Origin: Pseudomonadota bacterium
GTDB lineage: Bacteria > Pseudomonadota > Gammaproteobacteria > Burkholderiales > Burkholderiaceae_C
DNA: 64,000 nucleotides
NCBI GenBank assembly: GCA_041169755.1
Contig: JBEEIS010000135.1
Coordinates: 8,439-72,438 of the forward strand
Direction: 5' to 3'
The translations under genes were made by a program, and so were the position numbers. The notes beneath the pieces were generated by a model that was given only the letters and a program-made list of their open reading frames with translations, was not told the DNA's origin and searched no databases. Below are positions 37,168 through 51,207 of the stretch, piece after piece (position 1 is the stretch's first letter; every line of letters begins with the position of its first letter).

Positions 37168-37884
37168 TCATTCGCCCAGGTACGCGGCGCGCACCTGGGG
37201 GTCGTCCAGCATCTTGCGGGCCTCACCCGAGAGGGTGATGAGGCCCGATTCCATGACGTAGCCGCGGTCGGCGATCTGCAACGCACGGCTTGCGTTCTGT
37301 TCGACCAACAAGATGGTGACGCCCTGCGCGTACACCTCGCGGACGACCTCGAAGATCTTGTCGACCATGATGGGCGACAGACCCATGGAGGGTTCATCGA
37401 GCAGCAGCACGCGCGGGCGACTCATGAGGGCACGACCCATGGCCAGCATCTGCTGTTCGCCACCCGAGAGCGTACCGGCCAGCTGGTCGTGCCGCTCCTT
37501 CAGGCGAGGGAACGTCGCGAAGACCTTCTCCATGTCCTGCGCAATACCCGACGAGTCGCTGCGGATGTAAGCCCCCATCTGCAGGTTCTCGGTGATCGTC
37601 ATGCGGGTGAACACACCGCGCCCCTCGGGCACCATGGCCAGGCCCTTTTTCACCAGGTCCCAGGCACCCTGGCCGCGGATGCTCTGTCCCAAGTACTCGA
37701 TATCGCCACCGGCCAGGGGCAGCGTACCGGTGATCGCCTTCATGGTGGTGGTCTTGCCGGCGCCGTTGGAGCCGATCAGGGAAACGAGTTCTCCCTCGCG
37801 GACTTCGAAGTCCACCCCCTTGACTGCCTCGATACCCCCATAGGAGACCTTCAGTCCCTGAACCTTGAGCAGAACGTCGGCCAT
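37168..37884 (-). CDS. livF: Branched-chain amino acid ABC transporter ATPase
   Basis: GSNGAGKT, VPEGRGVF, LSGGEQQMLAMGRALM. Confidence 0.95.
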   Translation of the reverse strand: MADVLLKVQGLKVSYGGIEAVKGVDFEVREGELVSLIGSNGAGKTTTMKAITGTLPLAGGDIEYLGQSIRGQGAWDLVKKGLAMVPEGRGVFTRMTITENLQMGAYIRSDSSGIAQDMEKVFATFPRLKERHDQLAGTLSGGEQQMLAMGRALMSRPRVLLLDEPSMGLSPIMVDKIFEVVREVYAQGVTILLVEQNASRALQIADRGYVMESGLITLSGEARKMLDDPQVRAAYLGE

Positions 37885-37885
37885 G

Positions 37886-38686
37886 TCAGTTCTCCTCCTG
37901 CGCGGTAGCGGGCCCGCTGGCATGGCCCTGGCCCAGGTAGGCCTCGATCACTTTCTCATTGCGCTGCACCTGCGCTGGCGTGCCTTCGGCGATCTGCTTG
38001 CCGTAGTCCAGCACGGTGACACGGTCGCACAGCCCCATCACCAGCTTCACGTCGTGTTCGATCAACAGGATGGTGCGGCTGTCCTTGCGGATGCGGTCGA
38101 TCAGTTCGCGCAGTTGCACCTTCTCGGTGGCGTTCATGCCGGCGGCGGGTTCGTCCAGTGCGATCAGCTGCGGGTCGGTGGCCAGGGCCCGCGCGATCTC
38201 CAGGCGGCGCTGATCGCCATAGGACAGCGTGCGCGCCTTGAAGTCGGCGTAGCGGCCGATGCCGACGTAATCGAGCAGCTCCTGGGCACGGGCGGCGATG
38301 GCGGCCTCTTCGTCGCGAAAGCGGCGGGTGCGAAGGATCGCGCCCAGCAGGCCGGATTCGGTACGGATGTGGCGGCCGACCATGACGTTTTCCAGGGCGG
38401 TCATGTCGGCAAAGAGACGGATGTTCTGGAAGGTCCGCGCGATGCCGGCCCGCGCCACCTCGTGGACGGCGGTGGGCTGGTAGGGCTTGCCCGCGAGCTC
38501 GAAGCTGCCGGTATCGGGCGTGTACAGACCGGTGATGACGTTGAAAAAGGTGGTCTTGCCCGCGCCGTTCGGGCCGATCAGGCCATAGACCTGACCGCGC
38601 TCAATGGTCAGGCCCACATCGGAGAGTGCCTGCAAGCCGCCAAAGCGCTTGGAGATGCCGGCCACGCGAAGTACGGTGTCTGCCAT
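37886..38686 (-). CDS. livG: Branched-chain amino acid ABC transporter ATPase
   Basis: GPNGAGKT, RTFQNIRLF, LSYGDQRRLEIARALA. Confidence 0.95.
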   Translation of the reverse strand: MADTVLRVAGISKRFGGLQALSDVGLTIERGQVYGLIGPNGAGKTTFFNVITGLYTPDTGSFELAGKPYQPTAVHEVARAGIARTFQNIRLFADMTALENVMVGRHIRTESGLLGAILRTRRFRDEEAAIAARAQELLDYVGIGRYADFKARTLSYGDQRRLEIARALATDPQLIALDEPAAGMNATEKVQLRELIDRIRKDSRTILLIEHDVKLVMGLCDRVTVLDYGKQIAEGTPAQVQRNEKVIEAYLGQGHASGPATAQEEN

Positions 38687-38696
38687 GGTGCGGGCC

Positions 38697-39785
38697 TCAG
38701 AGCGACTGGGTGAGCGACTTGCCGTGCTCGGGCGTGGGCCACAGCCCGCGAGGTCGCATCAGCATGATGATGATCATGGCCAGCGCGATCAGCAGCTGGC
38801 GCAGGATGGCAGCATCCAGGCGGCCGCCGGTCATGGCCTGCAGGTCCAGGAGACCCGAGACCCAGCGCAGGACCTCGGGCAAGGCCGCCAGCAAGACGGC
38901 CCCCAGGATGACGCCCGGTAGGTGGCCGATGCCCCCGAGCACCACCATCGCCACGATCATCACGGACTCCATGAGGCTGAAGGATTCGGGGGAGATGAAG
39001 CCCTGGAAGGCGGCGAACATCGAGCCCGAAACACCGCCGAAGGTAGCGCCCATGCCGAAGGCGAGCAGCTTCATGTTGCGGGTGTTGATGCCCATGGCCT
39101 TGGCGGCGATCTCGTCCTCACGGATCGCCATCCAGGCGCGGCCGATGCGCGAGAGCTCCAGCCGGTGGCAGATGATGACGCTCACCACCACGAGGAACAG
39201 GAACAGGTAGTAGTACAGAGTGACCGAGGACAGGGTGTAGCTACCGATCTCCAAGGGCCGCGCCAGTGGGATACCGAAGATAGTCGCGCCGTCGATCTGA
39301 CCCAGGCCCTTGGGGCCGTTGGTGATGTTGACCGGGTGGTCCAGGTTGTTCATGAACACCCGGATGATTTCGCCGAAACCCAGGGTGACGATGGCCAGGT
39401 AGTCGCCGCGCAACTTGAGCGTGGGCGCCCCCAGAAGAATGCCGAAGATACCCGCCAGCATGGCCGACAGCGGAATCACGATCCAGATCGGTGTGTGCAG
39501 CCCATTCGGGAAGGCTTGCGCGATCCACTCGAAGGTTTCGGCCAGGTGCGGCGACGCCATCAGGCCATAGAGGTAGGCCCCAATGGCGAAGAAGGCGACG
39601 AAGCCCAGATCCAGCAGGCCGGCGAAGCCCACGACGATGTTCAGGCCCAGAGCCAGCAGCACATAGAGCAGGGCCACGTCGGCGATACGCACCCAGAAGT
39701 TGCCCATGGACTGCAGGACCAGCGGCAGCACCAGCAGCAGCAGGGCCGCCAGGACCAACGCGCGCTTGTTCTTGAAATCGAGCAT
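38697..39785 (-). CDS. livM: Branched-chain amino acid ABC transporter permease
   Basis: GLNIVVGFAGLLDLG, LRGDYLAIVTLGFGEI. Confidence 0.95.
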   Translation of the reverse strand: MLDFKNKRALVLAALLLLVLPLVLQSMGNFWVRIADVALLYVLLALGLNIVVGFAGLLDLGFVAFFAIGAYLYGLMASPHLAETFEWIAQAFPNGLHTPIWIVIPLSAMLAGIFGILLGAPTLKLRGDYLAIVTLGFGEIIRVFMNNLDHPVNITNGPKGLGQIDGATIFGIPLARPLEIGSYTLSSVTLYYYLFLFLVVVSVIICHRLELSRIGRAWMAIREDEIAAKAMGINTRNMKLLAFGMGATFGGVSGSMFAAFQGFISPESFSLMESVMIVAMVVLGGIGHLPGVILGAVLLAALPEVLRWVSGLLDLQAMTGGRLDAAILRQLLIALAMIIIMLMRPRGLWPTPEHGKSLTQSL

Positions 39786-39802
39786 GGTGTTCGCTCCTTG
39801 CC

Positions 39803-40732
39803 TCAAGCGCGGTCGGCGACGCGCTCACCGAGCAGGCCCGAAGGCCGCAGGGTCAGGACCACGATCAGGACGACGAACGCGAAGATATCGGTGTAGTGGC
39901 TGCCCAGGACACCGCCCGTGAGGTCGCCGATATAGCCGGAGCCGATCGATTCGATCAGCCCCAGGAGCACGCCGCCCACCACCGCCCCGGCCAGGTTGCC
40001 GATGCCACCGAAGACCGCCGCGGTGAAGGCCTTGAGCCCTGGCAGGAAACCCATGGTGTGCTGCACAGTGCCGTAGTTGGAGGCGTACATGACACCCGCG
40101 ATGGTGGCCAGCACCGCGCCGATGATGAAGGTGGCCGAGATGACGATGTCGGGCTTGACGCCCATGAGTGCCGCGACCCGGGGATTTTCGGCGGTAGCGC
40201 GCATGGCGCGGCCCAGGCGGGTGTAGTTCACGAGGTACATCAACACCGCCAGCGAGATGGCCGTGACGGCCAGGATCATGATCTGTGTGGGTGTGATGAC
40301 GGCGCCACCGATGTCGATGGGCGCGGTCGGAAGCAGCGCGGGAAAGGCCTTGTGATTGGGCTTGAAGATGATCATCGCCAGCGTCTGCAGCAGGATGGAC
40401 ATGCCGATGGCGGTAATCAGGGGGGCGAGCTTGGGGCTGTTGCGAAGCGGTCGGTAGGCGATCTTCTCGATGGCGTAATTGATGGACGCGGTCACGACGC
40501 AGGCAATCACGAGGGCCACGATCAGGAGCACCCAGCCCGGCACGCCCGGCATCGCTTCCTGGGCGGTGACGATGATCGCCCAGCTCGTGAGCGCCCCGAT
40601 CATCAGGACTTCGCCATGGGCGAAGTTGATCAGGTTGATGATGCCGTAGACCATGGTGTAGCCCAGGGCGACCAGGGCATACATGCTGCCCAGGACCAGG
40701 CCGTTGATGATCTGCTGCAGCAGGATATCCAT
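39803..40732 (-). CDS. livH: Branched-chain amino acid ABC transporter permease
   Basis: QQIINGLVLGSMYALVALGYTMVYG, GLKAFTAAVFGGIG. Confidence 0.95.
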   Translation of the reverse strand: MDILLQQIINGLVLGSMYALVALGYTMVYGIINLINFAHGEVLMIGALTSWAIIVTAQEAMPGVPGWVLLIVALVIACVVTASINYAIEKIAYRPLRNSPKLAPLITAIGMSILLQTLAMIIFKPNHKAFPALLPTAPIDIGGAVITPTQIMILAVTAISLAVLMYLVNYTRLGRAMRATAENPRVAALMGVKPDIVISATFIIGAVLATIAGVMYASNYGTVQHTMGFLPGLKAFTAAVFGGIGNLAGAVVGGVLLGLIESIGSGYIGDLTGGVLGSHYTDIFAFVVLIVVLTLRPSGLLGERVADRA

Positions 40733-40879
40733 ATCGAGTTGTCTCCGTTGCGCGCCGCCAGCGATCGAGCAAGAAGCCCGCCAGGGGAGGGCTTTTTCCA
40801 AGCGTCGCGGATTGTAGCGAGAGGCTCCGCCGCGAGCAGCGCGGGGTTTCCCTTCAAAGCCCTCCTCAGGGATAGGAAA

Positions 40880-42190
40880 TCAGTGGCCTTCGCGCGAGGC
40901 GGCATCGTCCAGGGTGCGCAACTGGCGAAGCTTTTCGGCAATGCGGATTTCCAGGCCCCGTTCGACTGGCCGGTAAAAGCGAGCGGGGGGCATGTCCTGC
41001 GGGAAATAGTTCTCACCCGCGGCATAGCCCCCTTCCTCGTCGTGGGCGTAGCGATAGCCCTTGCCGTAGTCGAGGTCCTTCATCAGGCGGGTCGGTGCAT
41101 TGCGAAGGTGCATGGGCACCGGTCGAGTGCCATCGCGCTGCACGAAGGCGCGCATCTCCTTGTAGGCGGCATAGACCGCATTGGACTTGGCCGCCACCGC
41201 GAGGTAGACCACGCATTCGGCCAGGGCCAGCTCGCCCTCGGGCGAACCCAGGCGCTCGTAGGTCTCGGCGGCGTCCAGGGCCAGGCGCAGGGCGCGCGGG
41301 TCCGCCAGACCGATGTCCTCGGCGGCCATGCGAACCAGACGGCGCGCCAGGTAGCGCGGGTCGGCACCGCCATCAAGAATGCGCACGAACCAGTACAGGG
41401 CGGCGTCGGGATCGGAGCCGCGCACGCTTTTATGCAGGGCGCTGATGGTGTCGTAGAACTGCTCGCCCCCCTTGTCGAAGCGGCGCATGCGCTCGCCCAG
41501 GACTTTGAGCAGCCAGTCGTCGGTGATTTCCGGCAGGCGCTGCGCACGCGCTGTGACGGCCAGCGTCTCCAGCGTATTGAGCAGGCGGCGCGCGTCACCG
41601 TCAGCGTAGGCGATCAGCCGCTCCAGGGCCGCCGCCGACAGGGGAGGTACCGCGCCCAGCGCCTGGGCGCGCGCGACCAGCTGCCCGAGGTCGGCTTCAC
41701 CCAGGGGCTGCAGCACATAGACCGCGGCACGCGAAAGCAAAGCGGAATTGACCTCGAAGGACGGGTTCTCGGTGGTGGCACCGATGAAAGTGAAGAGGCC
41801 CGATTCGACGTGCGGCAGGAAGGCGTCCTGCTGGCTCTTGTTAAAGCGGTGCACCTCGTCGACAAACACGATGGTGCGCTGGGGCGTGAGGCCGGTTTGC
41901 GCCAGGCGCGCCTGTTCGACCGCTTCGCGGATGTCCTTCACGCCCCCGAGCACCGCGCTGATGGTGATGAACTGCGCGTCGAAGGCCTGCGCCATGAGGC
42001 GGGCGATGGTGGTCTTGCCCACGCCCGGCGGCCCCCAGAGGATGCAGCTGTGAGGCTGCCCGGACTCGAAGGCGATGCGCAGGGGCATCCCCTCTCCCAA
42101 CAGGTGCTGTTGGCCGATCACGTCGGCCAGGGTGGCCGGTCGCAGCTGTTCGGCCAGGGGCGAGTGCAGGTTGGCTTGCGGGGACGTCAC
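40880..42190 (-). CDS. rarA: Replication-associated recombination protein A
   Basis: PLAEQLRP, WGPPGVGKTT, DEVHRFNKSQQD, SALHKSVRGSDPD. Confidence 0.96.
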   Translation of the reverse strand: MTSPQANLHSPLAEQLRPATLADVIGQQHLLGEGMPLRIAFESGQPHSCILWGPPGVGKTTIARLMAQAFDAQFITISAVLGGVKDIREAVEQARLAQTGLTPQRTIVFVDEVHRFNKSQQDAFLPHVESGLFTFIGATTENPSFEVNSALLSRAAVYVLQPLGEADLGQLVARAQALGAVPPLSAAALERLIAYADGDARRLLNTLETLAVTARAQRLPEITDDWLLKVLGERMRRFDKGGEQFYDTISALHKSVRGSDPDAALYWFVRILDGGADPRYLARRLVRMAAEDIGLADPRALRLALDAAETYERLGSPEGELALAECVVYLAVAAKSNAVYAAYKEMRAFVQRDGTRPVPMHLRNAPTRLMKDLDYGKGYRYAHDEEGGYAAGENYFPQDMPPARFYRPVERGLEIRIAEKLRQLRTLDDAASREGH

Positions 42191-42250
42191 ACGGCTAGTG
42201 TAGGCGGGCGGCTTGCGAGCATGGGTCCCGGCAACAAGGCGCGGCTCCGA

Positions 42251-42904
42251 TCAGGGGCGCAGCACGTCGGCGCCCGGCGGCGGCCTGAACTGGAAGGTCT
42301 CGGGCGGCAGCGTGATGTTGGTCTCCATGCGGCCAAAGCGAAGGAGCGAGAGCTGCCCCAAGCTGTCTTGAATCTCGAGTGCCGCGAGTTCTCCCCCGCG
42401 AAAACCCACACGCATCCCGCGCAGCACGCCGTCGCGAGCCCGAGGCGTCGCCTGCACCCATTGAAGGCCATCGCGGTCTGGCGCGGCGGACAGCTCGAAT
42501 TCCTGGCGCAGGGCCGTGAGGTCGGGGGCACCGGCGATCAGAACCGCCGGCGTGGTACCCAGGGCCTGGGCCTGGCGGCGCGCGGTGACCTGGTTCAGGT
42601 CGGGGTCATGCAGCCACAGGGTCTGACCGTCGGCCACCAGGGTCTGGGCAAAGGGCTTGCGGTAGGTGAAGCGGAACCGGTTGGGGCGCTGGAACTCGAA
42701 GCTGCCCGAGGACTGCCTGCTGCGTGGCGCCTGGCCTTCGCGCGCCGGGGCAGTGACCACCTGAGTGAAGTCGGCGCGGCCAGTCCGGGTCGTGCGCAGA
42801 AAATTCTCCAGGGCCTGCAGGCCATCGTCCTGCGCAGCGGCCTGCAGGGACAGCGCCAGGAGTACCCCGGCGAGCAGAACCTGGCGGCGTTTGGGGGTCG
42901 TCAT
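42251..42904 (-). CDS. lolA: Outer membrane lipoprotein carrier
   Basis: ADFTQ...FQRPNRFRFTY...DGQTLWLHDPDLNQV; ftsK-lolA-rarA synteny. Confidence 0.93.
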   Translation of the reverse strand: MTTPKRRQVLLAGVLLALSLQAAAQDDGLQALENFLRTTRTGRADFTQVVTAPAREGQAPRSRQSSGSFEFQRPNRFRFTYRKPFAQTLVADGQTLWLHDPDLNQVTARRQAQALGTTPAVLIAGAPDLTALRQEFELSAAPDRDGLQWVQATPRARDGVLRGMRVGFRGGELAALEIQDSLGQLSLLRFGRMETNITLPPETFQFRPPPGADVLRP

Positions 42905-42951
42905 CGTCGGTGTGAAGAGGCGCAGGTCCGCGCGGCCAGAGCGCGTCGGGC

Positions 42952-47129
<4,178 letters not shown>

Positions 47130-47378
47130 GGGGTCCTACCCGCCCCCCGCAAGGGGCTGGCAGGCCTTGCGGCCTATTTCGCCTATAATGGAAGGCTTTG
47201 CTGAGCCTGCCCCGGCTGGAGCAGCAATCTAAAGCAGCGATCGACGGCAAGGGCCCGATCTAAAGCAGCAAATGGGTTACCGCCACCCGACTGGCGAGGT
47301 GAGGCGAGAGCGAGGCAGGAACGAGCGGTCAAACCGCGGGTCCTACCGGCAGTGATCGCCGTTTCAATGGAGTGCGTC

Positions 47379-47612
47379 ATGGCACGCGTCTGCGAAGTCA
47401 CGGGCAAGGCCCCGATGGTCGGGAACAATGTTTCCCACGCCAACAACAAAACCAAGCGCCGGTTCCTGCCGAACCTGCAACACCGCCGTTTCTGGGTCGA
47501 GAGCGAGAACCGCTGGGTGCGCCTGCGTGTCTCGAGCGCCGCGCTGCGCCTGATCGACAAGAACGGTATCGATAGCGTGCTGGCGGACCTGCGTGCCCGC
47601 GGCCAAGCCTAA
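47379..47612 (+). CDS. rpmB: 50S ribosomal protein L28
   Basis: [10 protein letters not shown]...[19 protein letters not shown]. Confidence 0.98.
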   Translation: MARVCEVTGKAPMVGNNVSHANNKTKRRFLPNLQHRRFWVESENRWVRLRVSSAALRLIDKNGIDSVLADLRARGQA

Positions 47613-47627
47613 TCAAGGAGCAGCATC

Positions 47628-47798
47628 ATGGCGAGCAAAGGCGGACGCGAAAAGATCAAGCTGGAGTCCACTGCGGGCACCGGCCACTTCTACACCACCA
47701 GCAAGAACAAGAAGACGATGCCTGAAAAGATGTCGATCATGAAGTTCGACCCGAAGGCGCGCAAGCACGTCGAGTACAAGGAAATCAAGCTGAAGTGA
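47628..47798 (+). CDS. rpmG: 50S ribosomal protein L33 (not in the ORF track)
   Basis: [28 protein letters not shown]...[18 protein letters not shown]; AGGAG SD. Confidence 0.97.
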   Translation: MASKGGREKIKLESTAGTGHFYTTSKNKKTMPEKMSIMKFDPKARKHVEYKEIKLK

Positions 47799-47815
47799 TT
47801 CAGCCTGGCGCCCAG

Positions 47816-47844
47816 TAAAAAGCCCCGCAATGCGGGGCTTTTTA
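47816..47844. terminator. Bidirectional intrinsic terminator
   Basis: TAAAAAGCCCCGCA-A-TGCGGGGCTTTTTA between convergent rpmG and the desaturase. Confidence 0.85.
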
Positions 47845-47923
47845 TTGGCCAGTCCGTTTGTTGGCCAGTCCGTTGGCCTGGCTGCAAAACCGGAGGAGCT
47901 GCGGCAGGCTGCCGCAGTCCTGA

Positions 47924-49138
47924 TCAGGCGTGGGCCGCGCGCAGCCGCTGCGAGAAGGCTTGCAGGCGCGCGATGCCGCTGTCCTCGGCGCGCTTGCACC
48001 AGGCCGCCAGGTCGTGGGCGAGCTGCTCGCGGGACACCGTGGTGTTCAGCCACATCTGGCGCAGTTCCTCGCGCATGGTGAGCATCTGGTCCAGGGCGGG
48101 CGAGGCCGCCCGAGCCTGGTCGACCTGGTCACGGGCCGTGGCCGGCACGCGGTCGTCATCGCGGTGCAGCCAGCGGCGAGCGGCTTGGAGGATGGACAGG
48201 TCTTGACCACGGGCCTTGAGCACCGAGATCTCATCGGAGCAGGCACGGCGCATCTCGCGGGCGTAACGGGCCATGACCTCGTAGCGGTTGGTGATGACCG
48301 CTTCCAGGGTCTTTTCATCGGCTACGGGGCGAATGTCTCCCAGTTGGAGCTTGGGCGGGACCTTCTTGACCTTGGCCCAGCCAATGGCCTGCATGGCACG
48401 GATGTAAGCCCAACCCAGATCGAATTCGTAGCGCTTGACGGAGAACTTGGCCGAGGTCGGGTAGGTGTGGTGGTTGTTATGCAACTCTTCGCCACCGATG
48501 ATCAGGCCCCAGGGCGAGATGTTGGTGCTGGCGTCTGCCGCCTCGAAGTTGCGGTAGCCCCAGTAGTGGCCGATGCCATTGATGATGCCGGCGGCGGTGA
48601 TCGGAATCCAGAGCATCTGCACGGCCCATACGGTGGCGCCCAGGGCACCAAAGAGAGCCACATCGATGATCAGCATCAGGCCCACGCCTTGCCAACTGAA
48701 ACGGGTGTAGAGGTTGCGCTCGATCCAGTCGTCCGGCGTGCTGTGGCCAAACTTGGCCAGGGTTTCCTTGTTCTTGGCCTCGGCCCGATAGAGCTCAGCG
48801 CCCTGCCAGAAGACGGTCTCGATGCCACGGGTCTGGGGGCTGTGGGGGTCGTCAGGCGTCTCGCACTTGGCGTGGTGTTTGCGGTGGATGGCGACCCATT
48901 CCTTGGTCACCATGCCGGTGGTGAGCCACAGCCAGAAACGGAAGAAATGCGAGGGGATGGGCCCCAGGTCCATCGAGCGGTGCGCCTGGGTGCGGTGCAG
49001 GAAGATGGTGACCGAGGCGATGGTGATGTGCGTCACCACCAGGGTGAAGATCACCACTTGCCACCAGGATAGGCGCCACAAGCCGTGCGCGATGAAGTCG
49101 ATCGCCGCGTCGAGGACGGCCCAATCAGGTAGCAGCAT
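47924..49138 (-). CDS. DesA-family acyl-CoA/fatty acid desaturase
   Basis: His boxes HRTQAH, HRKHH, HNNHH. Confidence 0.92.
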   Translation of the reverse strand: MLLPDWAVLDAAIDFIAHGLWRLSWWQVVIFTLVVTHITIASVTIFLHRTQAHRSMDLGPIPSHFFRFWLWLTTGMVTKEWVAIHRKHHAKCETPDDPHSPQTRGIETVFWQGAELYRAEAKNKETLAKFGHSTPDDWIERNLYTRFSWQGVGLMLIIDVALFGALGATVWAVQMLWIPITAAGIINGIGHYWGYRNFEAADASTNISPWGLIIGGEELHNNHHTYPTSAKFSVKRYEFDLGWAYIRAMQAIGWAKVKKVPPKLQLGDIRPVADEKTLEAVITNRYEVMARYAREMRRACSDEISVLKARGQDLSILQAARRWLHRDDDRVPATARDQVDQARAASPALDQMLTMREELRQMWLNTTVSREQLAHDLAAWCKRAEDSGIARLQAFSQRLRAAHA

Positions 49139-49245
49139 AGAACGAAGAAATGAAATCCAAAGTGGGATGGCAGGATTCTACGGCCGAGAGCCCGATGGAC
49201 CCCAACAATTTGAGCTCTTTTTGACTCATCTCAAGCTAATTCGGG

Positions 49246-50502
49246 TTAAACGCGCACCCAAACTGCGGCAAAAAAACCGTCCGTCTGGTGCCGGTGGGGC
49301 CACAGGCGCAGGTAGTCGCCGCTGCACAGGGCCTGGGCGTCGGCCAGCTTCAGGGGGGCGAGGGCCTCTGCGGCAGGCAGGATCCGCCAGCCACTTTCCT
49401 GGTCGCCAAAGGCCTGGGCGACCGCCTCGTTTTCCTCCCGCAGCAGGCTGCAGGTGGCGTAGACCAGCCGGCCCCCGGGCTTGAGCAGGCGGGCAGCGCT
49501 GCGCAGGATGGCCAATTGCTTGGCCGCCATCTCGCGCACGCCTTCAGGCGCCTGCCGCCACTTGAGGTCCGGGTTGCGCCGCAGGGTGCCCAGGCCCGAA
49601 CACGGGGCGTCGACCAGCACCCGATCGATCTTGCCGGCCAGGCGCTTGATGCGGTCATCGCGCTCATGCGCGATGGCGGCGGGGTGGACGTTGGACAGGC
49701 CGCTGCGCGCCAGCCGGGGCTTGAGAGCGTCCAGGCGATGGGCGGAGGTGTCAAAGGCGTACAGGCGCCCGGTGTTGCGCATGGACGCGCCGACGGCGAG
49801 CGTCTTGCCTCCCGCGCCGGCGCAGAAGTCCACCACCATCTCGCCCCGGCGGGCGTCGAGCAAGGCCGCCAGGAGCTGGGAGCCTTCGTCCTGCACCTCG
49901 ATGGCGCCGCGCGTGAAGGCGTCCAGCTTGGTGAGCGCGGGCTTGGCAGTCAGGCGCAAGCCCCAGGGGGAATACGGCGTGGGCCGGGCATCGATGCCCG
50001 CACTCGAGAGCTCCTTGCGCACATCTTCGCGCTTGTCGGCCAGGGTATTCACCCGCAGGTCCAGAGGCGCGGGGCGCAGCAAGCTCTCGGCCAGCGGCCA
50101 GAAATCCTCGCCGACCTGCTCCTTCAAGGGTTGCACGATCCACTCGGGCAGGTTGTGGCGATGGCGTTCCAGGAGGTCGCTCTCGGAGACCGCATCACAG
50201 GCATCGAGCCAGACCTTTTCGGTATCGGACAAGGCGCTCTTGAGGAAATCGCGCGGGCCGGCAAAGCCCAGGATGGCCATGCGACGCTCGCGCGGGCCAC
50301 TGCCCGAGGGTGCGAAGTGGTCGTAGCGCAGTTTGTCGCGCAGCACGGTGTAGACGGTTTCGGCCAGGGTCGCGCGCTCGCGCGGACCCAGGGCGCGGTG
50401 GTCGCGGAAGTAGCGCGAGACCACGGCATCGGCCGGATGTTCGAGTTTCAGGGCCAGGCCGACGAGTTCGGCGCAGGCCTCGAGCAGAGCTTTGGGGTGC
50501 AT
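49246..50502 (-). CDS. RsmB/NOP family SAM-dependent RNA methyltransferase
   Basis: VQDEGSQL, DFCAGAGGKT, DAPCSGLG, YATCS. Confidence 0.92.
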   Translation of the reverse strand: MHPKALLEACAELVGLALKLEHPADAVVSRYFRDHRALGPRERATLAETVYTVLRDKLRYDHFAPSGSGPRERRMAILGFAGPRDFLKSALSDTEKVWLDACDAVSESDLLERHRHNLPEWIVQPLKEQVGEDFWPLAESLLRPAPLDLRVNTLADKREDVRKELSSAGIDARPTPYSPWGLRLTAKPALTKLDAFTRGAIEVQDEGSQLLAALLDARRGEMVVDFCAGAGGKTLAVGASMRNTGRLYAFDTSAHRLDALKPRLARSGLSNVHPAAIAHERDDRIKRLAGKIDRVLVDAPCSGLGTLRRNPDLKWRQAPEGVREMAAKQLAILRSAARLLKPGGRLVYATCSLLREENEAVAQAFGDQESGWRILPAAEALAPLKLADAQALCSGDYLRLWPHRHQTDGFFAAVWVRV

Positions 50503-50519
50503 GGAAAGAGGCAGAGTCG

Positions 50520-51101
50520 CTACGCGGGACGCAGCAGGCGGGCGATAGCCCGGGGATAGATGACGTGTTCCTGGGTGAGGACGCGGGCGGCGAGGGTCTC
50601 GGGCGTGTCGCCCGGCATCACTGGCACCATGGCCTGGTCCAGGATGGGCCCGTGATCGAGGTCGGCGGTGACCCGGTGCACGGTCGCACCCGCGAAACGG
50701 CAACCGGCTTCGAGAGCACGAGCGTGGGTGTGCAGGCCGGGAAAGGCCGGCAGCAGCGAGGGATGGATATTGAGGAGACGGCCGGCGTAGCGCCCGACGA
50801 AAGCGGGGGTGAGGATGCGCATGAAGCCGGCCAGCACCACGAGCGCGGGGTCGTGGCGGTCGATGGCACGCGCAAGCTCAGCGTCGAACGCTTCACGGTC
50901 CGTGAAGGGCTGGTGGTCGAGAACCTCGGCAGGCAAGCCCAGCTCGCGGGCGAGGACCAGCCCAGGGGCCTGCGGCCGGTTACTGATCACGGCGGCGATG
51001 CGCGCGTCCAGTCGCCGCTCCCAGTCGTCTCGGCGCGCGGCACGCGCGATTGCGGCCATGTTGGAGCCGCCCGAGGAGATCAGGATCACGAGGTTCTTCA
51101 T
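50520..51101 (-). CDS. purN: Phosphoribosylglycinamide formyltransferase
   Basis: ISSGGSN, LAGFMRIL, NIHPSLLPAFPG, GATVHRV..DLDHGP. Confidence 0.95.
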   Translation of the reverse strand: MKNLVILISSGGSNMAAIARAARRDDWERRLDARIAAVISNRPQAPGLVLARELGLPAEVLDHQPFTDREAFDAELARAIDRHDPALVVLAGFMRILTPAFVGRYAGRLLNIHPSLLPAFPGLHTHARALEAGCRFAGATVHRVTADLDHGPILDQAMVPVMPGDTPETLAARVLTQEHVIYPRAIARLLRPA

Positions 51102-51207
51102 GAAGACCCCGATTATCCCCAGCACGAGCGACACACCACTTTGTCACCCCTCGGACACGCGGAAAAGCACGCGCGTGCTACAACCTGCGCGATACCGGAG
51201 ACACCCC

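Noticed and set aside
37623-37635. 13-bp match (CCTCGGGCACCAT) to the tRNA-Leu 3' end, a possible attR
   Set aside because: It lies inside livF, encoding the conserved MVPEG motif, 4 kb beyond the island and past intact housekeeping genes; coincidental.
47845-47874. TTGGCCAGTCCGTT repeated twice at 16-bp period
   Set aside because: Only two copies next to a terminator; no spacers or cas genes; no functional inference possible.
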